Positions 55,301 to 64,000 of a DNA stretch of 64,000 bases are shown here, one piece after another (within the stretch, counting starts at the first letter, position 1; each line of letters begins with the position of its first letter). Source of the DNA: Eukaryota sp. TZLM1-RC (lineage: Eukaryota > Protista > Metamonada: BaSk clade); the NCBI GenBank assembly GCA_040285825.1, contig JAUPSS010000004.1, positions 1,525,801-1,589,800 on the forward strand, written 5' to 3'. A program made the translations under genes and the position numbers. A model generated the notes under the pieces. That model searched no databases, was not told where the DNA came from, and saw nothing but the letters and a program-made list of their open reading frames with translations.

Positions 55301-58300
55301 AAAAACCGCAGAAGGTTGCTCAGGTTGGAAGATCAGATTTTGGGTCTGGTTTCAAACTTCAGATTTTCCAATTTTGACATTGGAATTTTACCAACCCATA
55401 ATGCAATTAATTTTGGTTTTGCTTTCCTGTTTTCTGCATGTGTTTGTATATGGCAACGGTAACGCTAATTTCTGTACGATTATCATTCTTTTGATTAGAT
55501 TAGTATTTCTTTCAAAATTTTGAGCTTTATGCATCATTGAAACCAATGTTCATGTCATTGATCTGATTTAAATTCTTTGTTGATAATCCTTTGCAATTGT
55601 TGTGACAATTTATACATGGTTATCTTGCCTTTGAAAAATCGAAACGAATGGCGCAATTTACAGGAGAAGTTTTCAAGTTTATAAATAGCACCATGTGTTC
55701 TTGATCACATTTTGGTGTAAAAAACATTGTTGCGTGAACTTTTACATTGATAAAGAAAATTATTTTACTTTTGTTATTTGACAGAAACAAAAATAAATTC
55801 TTAAAAATTTACAGTTTCACTTTCATTTTGAATGTATTCTAGAAACAGATATCATTTGTTTGACTTGAATCAAAAGGTGATCGTTTGTATATGGCAACGG
55901 TAACGCTATTTTCTGCACGATTATCATTCTTTTGATTAGGTCAGTATCTTTTCAAAATTTATGAGCTTTATACATCATTAAAACCAATGTTCATGTCATT
56001 CATTTGATTTGAATTCCTTTGTTGATAATCTTTTACAACATTTGCGACAATTTATACATGGTTATCTTGCCTTTGAAAAATGGAAACGAATGGCGCATTT
56101 TACAAGAGAAGTTTTCAAGTTTATAAATACAGCATGTGTTCTTGATCACATTTTGGTGTAAAAAACATTGTTGCGTGAACTTTTACATTGATAAGAAGTT
56201 TTTCTTTTTTATTAAACATAAATAAAAAATAAGTTTAAATTTCATAAATTCAACAAACACTTTTATTGCAAAATCAGTACACGAAACTAGATGCTCTATT
56301 GATCAAAATACTGCACCAAAAAGCTAAAACAATTTGTCATAGTTTTCATTTGAAATCCCCATTTCTTATATGACAAAAAGACTCCACACTTGACAATAAA
56401 TCTTTGAATTGTAATATCCATATGAGTGTTTCAAACGCTGTTGAATGTTATTGTGTTTTCACACTTTCTGTGAAAACATGCTTATGCACAAGTGATACAA
56501 GGCAGGTTTGATACATGAAGAAATGATTTATGTATTCTGTTTCAATGGCAATCTTGAAAACAATAGTGTTGGCAGAAAAGATGATGTATGTACTGAAAAG
56601 AATACTGTCCAGGAAACTTTATTATGATAGAGTCTTCATCAAGAAGAAAGTACAACGGTGAAGACATCAAGCCAATCCATGAACAATTGAGATCAAAAGA
56701 GTGATTGAGTCAAACGAAACACTTACAATAACCGATAGGTACAAGATTTACGGAATAGAAATCCAAAATGCGCTAGGCAAGGCTGCTGCACTGATGGCAA
56801 TTGTGATGCCTACCCTTCTGCCCCAAGAATCATGGCACTAAGAGTATAATGTGTTTGAAGTTACAGACGCATCCCAAAGTCGGAGTACGGAAATGAGAAA
56901 AACCGCAGAAGGTTGCTCAGGTTGGAAGATCAGATTTTGGGTCTGGTTTCAAACTTCAGATTTTCCAATTTTGACATTGGAATTTTACCAACCCATAATG
57001 CAATTAATTTTGGTTTTGCTTTCCTGTTTTCTGCATGTGTTTGTATATGGCAACGGTAACGCTAATTTCTGTACGATTATCATTCTTTTGATTAGATTAG
57101 TATTTCTTTCAAAATTTTGAGCTTTATGCATCATTGAAACCAATGTTCATGTCATTGATCTGATTTAAATTCTTTGTTGATAATCCTTTTGCAATTGTTG
57201 CGACAATTTATACATGGTTATCTTGCCTTTAAAAAAATCGAAACGAATGGCGCAATTTACAGGAGAAGTTTTCAATTTATGAATAGCACCACTGGTTTTT
57301 GATCACATTTTGGTGTAAAAAACATTGTTGCGTGAACTTTTACATTGATAAAGAAAATTATTTTACTTTTGTTATTTGACAGAAACAAAAAATAAATTCT
57401 TGAAAAATTTACAGTTTCACTTTCATTTTGATTGTATTCTAGAAACAGATATCATTTGTTTGACTTGAATCAAAAGGTGATCGTTTGTATATAACAACGA
57501 TAACGCTATTTTCTGCACGATTATCATTCTTTTGATTAGGTCAGTATCTTTTCAAAATTTATGAGCTTTATACATCATTAAAACCAATGTTCATGTCATT
57601 CATTTGATTTGAATTCCTTTGTTGATAATCTTTTTACAACATTTGCGACAATTTATACATGGTTATCTTGCCTTTGAAAAATGGAAACGAATGGCGCATT
57701 TTACAAGAGAAGTTTTCAAGTTTATAAATACAGCATGTGTTCTTGATCACATTTTTGGTGTAGAAAAACATTGTTGCATGAACTTTTACATTGATAAAGA
57801 AAATTATTTTACTTTTGTTATTTGACAGAAACAAAAAATAAATTCCAAAAAATTTACAGTTTCACTTTCATTTTGATTGTATTCTAGAAACAGATATCAT
57901 TTGTTTGACTTGAATCAAAAGGTGATCGTTTGTATATAACAACGATAACGCTATTTTCTGCACGATTATCATTCTTTTGATTAGGTCAGTATCTTTTCAA
58001 AATTTATGAGCTTTATACATCATTAAAACCAATGTTCATGTCATTCATTTGATTTGAATTCCTTTGTTGATAATCTTTTTACAACATTTGCGACAATTTA
58101 TACATGGTTATTTTGCCTTTGGAAAAATGGAAACGAATGGCGCATTTTACAAGAGAAGTTTTCAAGTTTATAAATACAACATGTGTTCTTGATCACATTT
58201 TTGGTGTAAAAAAACATTGTTGCGTGAACTTTTACATTGATAAAGAAGTTTTTCTTTTTTATTAAACATAAATAAAAAATAAGTTTAAAATTTCATAAAT

Positions 58301-60700
58301 TCAACAAACACTTTTATTGCAAAATCAGTACACGAAACTAGATGCTCTATTGATCAAAAATACTGCACCAAAAAGCTAAAACAATTTGTCATAGTTTTCA
58401 TTTGAAATCCCCATTTCTTATATGACAAAAAGACTCCACACTTGACAATAAATCTTTGAATTGTAATATCCATATGAGTGTTTCAAACGCTGTTGAATGT
58501 TATTGTGTTTTCACACTTTCTGTGAAAACATGCTTATGCACAAGTGATACAAGGCAGGTTTGATACATGAAGAAATGATTTATGTATTCTGTTTCAATGG
58601 CAATCTTGAAAACAATAGTGTTGGCAGAAAAGATGATGTATGTACTGAAAAGAATACTGTCCAGGAAAACTTTATTATGATAGAGTCTTCATCAAGAAGA
58701 AAGTACAACGGTGAAGACATCAAGCCAATCCATGAACAATTGAGATCAAAGAGTGATTGAGTCAAACGAAACACTTACAATAACCGATAGGTACAAGATT
58801 TACGGAATAGAAATCCAAAATGCGCTAGGCAAGGCTGCTGCACTGATGGCAATTGTGATGTCTACCCTTCTGCCCCAAGAATCATGGCACTAAGAGTATA
58901 ATGTGTTTGAAGTTACAGACGCATCCCAAAGTCGGAGTACGGAAATGAGAAAAACCGCAGAAGGTTGCTCAGGTTGGAAGATCAGATTTTGGGTCTGGTT
59001 TCAAACTTCAGATTTTCCAATTTTGACATTGGAATTTTACCAACCCTAATGCAATTAATTTTGGTTTTGCTTTCCTGTTTTCTGCATGTGTTTGTATATG
59101 GCAACGGTAACGCTAATTTCTGTACGATTATCATTCTTTTGATTAGATTAGTATTTCTTTCAAAATTTTGAGCTTTATGCATCATTGAAACCAATGTTCA
59201 TGTCATTGATCTGATTTAAATTCTTTTGTTGATAATCCTTTTGCAATTGTTGTGACAATTTATACATGGTTATCTTGCCTTTAAAAAAATCGAAACGAAT
59301 GGCGCAATTTACAGGAGAAGTTTTCAATTTATGAATAGCACCACTGGTTTTTGATCACATTTTGGTGTAAAAAACATTGTTGCGTGAACTTTTACATTGA
59401 TAAAGAAAATTATTTTACTTTTGTTATTTGACAGAAACAAAAAATAAATTTTAAAAAATTTACAGTTTCACTTTCATTTTGAATGTATTCTAGAAACAGA
59501 TATCGTTTGTTTGACTTGAATCAAAAGGTGATCGTTTGTATATGGCAACGGTAACGCTATTTTCTGCACGATTATCATTCTTTTGATTAGGTCAGTATCT
59601 TTTCAAAATTTATGAGCTTTATACATCATTAAAACCAATGTTCATGTCATTCATTTGATTTGAATTCCTTTGTTGATAATCTTTTTACAACATTTGCGAC
59701 AATTTATACATGGTTATCTTTGCCTTTGAAAAATAATCGGAAACGAATGGCGCATTTTACAAGAGAAGTTTTCAAGTTTATAAATACAACATGTGTTCTT
59801 GATCACATTTTTGGTGTAAAAAAACATTGTTGCGTGAACTTTTACATTGATAAAGAAATTTTTCTTTTTTATTAAACATAAATAAAAAATAAGTTTAAAA
59901 TTTCATAAATTCAACAAACACTTTTATTGCAAAATCAGTACACAAAACTAGATGCTCTATTGATCAAAAATACTGCACCAAAAAGCTAAAACAATTTGTC
60001 ATAGTTTTCATTTGAAATCCCCATTTCTTATATGACAAAAAGACTCCACACTTGACAATAAATCTTTGAATTGTAATATCCATATGAGTGTTTCAAACGC
60101 TGTTGAATGTTATTGTGTTTTCACACTTTCTGTGAAAACATGCTTATGCACAAGTGATACAAGGCAGGTTTGATACATGAAGAAATGATTTATGTATTCT
60201 GTTTCAATGGCAATCTTGAAAACAATAGTGTTGGCAGAAAAGATGATGTATGTACTGAAAAGAATACTGTCCAGGAAAACTTTATTATGATAGAGTCTTC
60301 ATCAAGAAGAAAGTACAACGGTGAAGACATCAAGCCAATCCATGAACAATTGAGATCAAAACAGTGATTGAGTCAAACGAAACACTTACAATAACCGATA
60401 GGTACAAGATTTACGGAATAGAAAGCCAAAATGCGCTAGGCAAGGCTGCTGCACTGATGGCAATTGTGATGTCTACCCTTCTGCCCCCAAGAATCATGGC
60501 ACTAAGAGTATAATGTGTTTGAAGTTACAGACGCATCCCAAAGTCGGAGTACGGAAATGAGAAAAACCGCAGAAGGTTGCTCAGGTTGGAAGATCAGATT
60601 TTGGGTCTGGTTTCAAACTTCAGATTTTCCAATTTTGACATTGGAATTTTACCAACCCATCATCCAATAGATTTTGGTTCTGTTGATTTGTTTTTGTATA
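31329..60700 (+). repeat. IGS subrepeat region 3: ~29.4 kb of S/L/C modules, 16 C copies
   Basis: C marker at 32131, 33286, 34442, 35590, 38077, 40580, 42636, 44671, 47167, 49640, 51250, 53299, 54911, 56508, 58560 and 60170. Confidence 0.94.
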
Positions 60701-61255
60701 AACACGAATCAAAGATTTCTAGTTATAGCATTTGCTGGTGTTGTTTTACAGTGATGACCATTATGGTCTAAAATTGTGGATTTTACAAAAAGGTTCTTTG
60801 TTTTATACAAATTGATTCAAAATCATCCAAATGAGATCAGACCACAAAAAATGGCGAAACGTGAAATGGGGGTCAGGAAATGAAAGAAATTTTCATTTTT
60901 TTATCCCATTTCGGAAAGTACTTGCTATTTGATCATTTTCAATTGATTGTTTTTAAATAATTTATGAAAATGTGAAAACAGCTCAATTGTTCATGTTGAA
61001 CAAAATTTTGGTGTTGTATGTAAGCCTTAATGGAAACATTAAATTTTACTACACGTGTCGAATTTTATGGGAAATCATTTTTGATTGAAAATTTAAATTG
61101 ACACATCAATAAGATTTGATTACATTTATCAGGATGTAATGGATCTTTATGGAAAGCACAAATGATCAACATTGATACAATCATAATTGATTGATTTCAC
61201 AAAAGGTAACATTTATGAAATTTTCTGGTTTTTAATCGGAATGTTTTATTGTTGA
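60701..61255 (+). promoter_or_regulatory. Unique leader (5'-ETS / promoter region), unit 3
   Basis: Near-identical to 12697-13249. Confidence 0.7.
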
Positions 61256-62345
61256 TACCTGGTTGATCCTGCCAGTAGGCATATGCTTGTCTCAAAGATT
61301 AAGCCATGCATGTCTAAGTTCAGGAGTTTTCTCCGAAACAGCGAATGGCTCATTAAATCAGTGATAATTTATTTGATAGTACTTACTACTTGGATAACCG
61401 TGGTAATTCTAGAGCTAATACATGCAGCAAATACTTCTTTTGAAGTATGCATTTATTAGATACAAAACCAATCCTGGCAACAGGTCTTTGGTGAATCATA
61501 ATAACTATGCTGATCGCATGTCTTCGGACGGCGACATATCATTTAAATCACTGCCCTATCAACTAAATCGTAAGGTAGTGGCTTACGATGGTGATGACGG
61601 GTAACGGGGAATTAGGGTTTGATTCCGGAGAGGGAGCCTGAGAAATGGCTACCACATCCAAGGAAGGCAGCAGGCGCGAAAATTACCCAATCTCATTACG
61701 AGGAGGTAGTGACAAAAAATAACAATACTGGGCTCTTTTGAGTTCGTAATTGGAATGAGTACAACTTAAAACCTTTAACGAGGAGCTACTAGAGGGCAAG
61801 TCTGGTGCCAGCAGCCGCGGTAATTCCAGCTCTAGTAGTGTATCTTAAAATTGCTGCGTTTAAATCGTCCGTAGTTGAATCTCAGAATTTGCGTATCTTC
61901 AGGTTTTCCTGTTGGTAAACAGATTCTTCTGTCTGAGGACACTAGTCATTTGCTTCGGCGGTGGCTATTGAATTCAGACCGTTTACTTTGAAAAAATTAG
62001 AGTGTTCAAAGCAGGCTTTATGCAATTGAATAACTTAGCATGGAATAATAGAATAGGACTTTGGTTCTGTTTTTATTGGTTTTGAGAACTAGAGTAATGA
62101 TTAAAAGGGACAGTTGGGGGCATTAGTACTCCGGTGTCAGAGGTGAAATTCTTGGATTGCCGGATGACTAACTACTGCGAAAGCATTTGCCAAAGATGTT
62201 CTCATTAATCAAGGTCGAAAGTTGGGGGATCGAAGACGATTAGACACCGTCGTAGTCTCAACCATAAACTATGCCGACTAGGGATTAGTAGGCGTTAAAT
62301 ACGACCCTATTAGCACCTTATGGGAAACCATAAGTTCTTGGGTAA

Positions 62346-62404
<59 letters not shown>

Positions 62405-62852
62405 TTGTGGAGCCTGCGGCTTAATCTGACTCAACACGGAGAAACTTACCAGGTCCAGACGTGATAAGGATTGACAGATTGATAGCTCTTTCATGATCTT
62501 ACGGTTAGTGGCGCATGGCCGTTCTTAGTTGGTGGAGTGATTTGTCTGGTTAATTCCGATAACGAACGAGATCTAAATTGCTAACTAGTTTTATTCTATT
62601 TTCGGATAGTTTGAACTTCTTAGCGAGACTGCTGTGGTTTTTACACAGAGGAAGGTTTAGGCAATAACAGGTCTGTGATGCCCTTAGATGTTCTGGGCCG
62701 CACGCGCTACAATGGTAGGTACAACGAGTTTGTCCTTAACCGAAAGGTTTGGGTAATCTTGTGAATACCTATCTTGACTGGGATAGATCCTTGCAATTAT
62801 GGGTCTTGAACGAGGAATAACTTGTAAGTGCATGTCATCAGCATGCGCTGAA

Positions 62853-62898
<46 letters not shown>

Positions 62899-63038
62899 GA
62901 TGTTGAGGTGAAATGTTTGGACTCAATGGGTTAAGCTGCAAAGCAAGACTTGTTGGGAAAATTCAGTGAATCTTTGCATCTAGAGGAAGGAGAAGTCGTA
63001 ACAAGGTATCCGTAGGTGAACCTGCGGATGGATCATTG
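61256..63038 (+). rRNA. 18S: 18S rRNA, copy 3
   Basis: Same termini and core motifs as copy 1. Confidence 0.99.
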
Positions 63039-63137
63039 TCGTTTGTGAGCTTGGCTTGCCAAGTTTCACTTTAACTGAAACCTAATACCGAACCAACCCT
63101 TTTTATTATAAAAACTAATAGTTTCTATGAAACATCC
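63039..63137 (+). other. ITS1, copy 3
   Basis: Matches ITS1 copy 1. Confidence 0.9.
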
Positions 63138-63299
63138 AACTTTCAGTGATGGATGTCTCGGCTCCTTTATCGATGAAGAACGCAGCGAATTGCGATACGT
63201 AATGTGAATTGCAGAATCTGTGAATCATCGAAACTTTGAACGCAAATGGTAGTTCTTTAGAGCTTCGGCTTTATTGAACTATACTTGAATCAGCGTCGT
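63138..63299 (+). rRNA. 5.8S: 5.8S rRNA, copy 3
   Basis: Matches copy 1. Confidence 0.97.
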
Positions 63300-63461
63300 C
63301 TTTTATTTTTTTCCATTTCGGATAATTGGAATTGAAGGTTACTTCTTTTTCTTAAATAATCAAATATATGATTGACTTTTTGTCAACATTTATTGTTGAA
63401 GGCAACTTTTACATTAATTGACGACTCATCTCTTTCATATATTGTCTTTTTAGACATCATT
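63300..63461 (+). other. ITS2, copy 3
   Basis: Matches ITS2 copy 1. Confidence 0.88.
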
Positions 63462-64000
63462 TCGACCTGATTTCAAGTAAGATCACCCCCTGGACTTAAG
63501 CATATCAATAAGGGGAGGAAAAGAAAATAACTATGATTTCCTTAGTAGCGGCGAGCGAACAGGAAAAAGCTCAAGACTGAATCTTTATGATCTTTAGATT
63601 GTGAAGAGTTGTAGTCTATGGAAACCAGTATTCGGTTCTCGATGTATAAGTCCTTTGGAAAAGGGTATCATGGAAGGTGAAAATCCTGTAAATGACATCG
63701 AAGTAATTGATTCACTACTGATTTTCCGAGAGTCGCGCTGTTTGGGAATGCAGCGTTAAATGTGGGGTAAGTTTCCCATAAAGCTAAATATAAAAAGGAG
63801 ACCGATAGTTCACAAGTACCGTGAGGGAAAGGTGAAAAAGAACTCTGAAGAGAGAGTTAAAAGTACCTGAAATCACTGAAAGGATAAGCGATTGGAACTT
63901 GATATTGATAGCTTCGGCTGTCTTGCGTTGGAGTGATTTTTGAAAATTGAGTGATTGTGGGGAAGGTAGCTATAATGAACTTCGGTTTATTGTAGTGTTA
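63462..64000 (+). rRNA. 28S: 28S rRNA, copy 3 (5' part, cut by the window end)
   Basis: Matches the 5' ~540 nt of 28S copy 1. Confidence 0.97.

Noticed and set aside
5695-60700. 5S rRNA or tRNA genes in the IGS
   Set aside because: I found no 5S motifs, A/B/C boxes or cloverleaf on either strand by eye; not excluded without Infernal/tRNAscan.
1-60700. CRISPR-like repeat-spacer array
   Set aside because: Units are hundreds of bp, the intervening sequences are themselves repeats rather than unique spacers, the context is eukaryotic rDNA, and there are no cas genes.

Overview
The window is part of a eukaryotic nuclear rDNA tandem array on the + strand, from an AT-rich, divergent eukaryote, probably microbial; I cannot assign the lineage from sequence alone. 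It holds two complete 18S-ITS1-5.8S-ITS2-28S units (about 13250-18753 and 25125-30628) and a third cut off in the 28S (61256-64000). There are no introns or R2-type insertions and no recognisable 5S gene. ITS1 is about 100 bp and ITS2 about 160 bp. The intergenic spacers (IGS) differ greatly in length (>13.2 kb, about 6.4 kb, about 30.6 kb) and are built from four modules. A (about 459 bp) is a tandem copy of the last ~70 nt of the 28S gene plus a 15-bp 3'-ETS hairpin and ATTGGT motifs, at >=12, 1 and ~2 copies. S (about 310 bp) is a common core. L (about 130 bp) and C (about 850 bp) are alternative inserts between S copies. The final C copy always sits a fixed distance upstream of the 18S and runs into a ~555-bp unique leader, so the 23 C copies look like amplified promoter-proximal DNA. 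No protein-coding gene is supported; the ORF track consists of rRNA shadow ORFs and short repeat ORFs. Homopolymer noise and mosaic alleles suggest long-read consensus error, so copy numbers need read-level confirmation.
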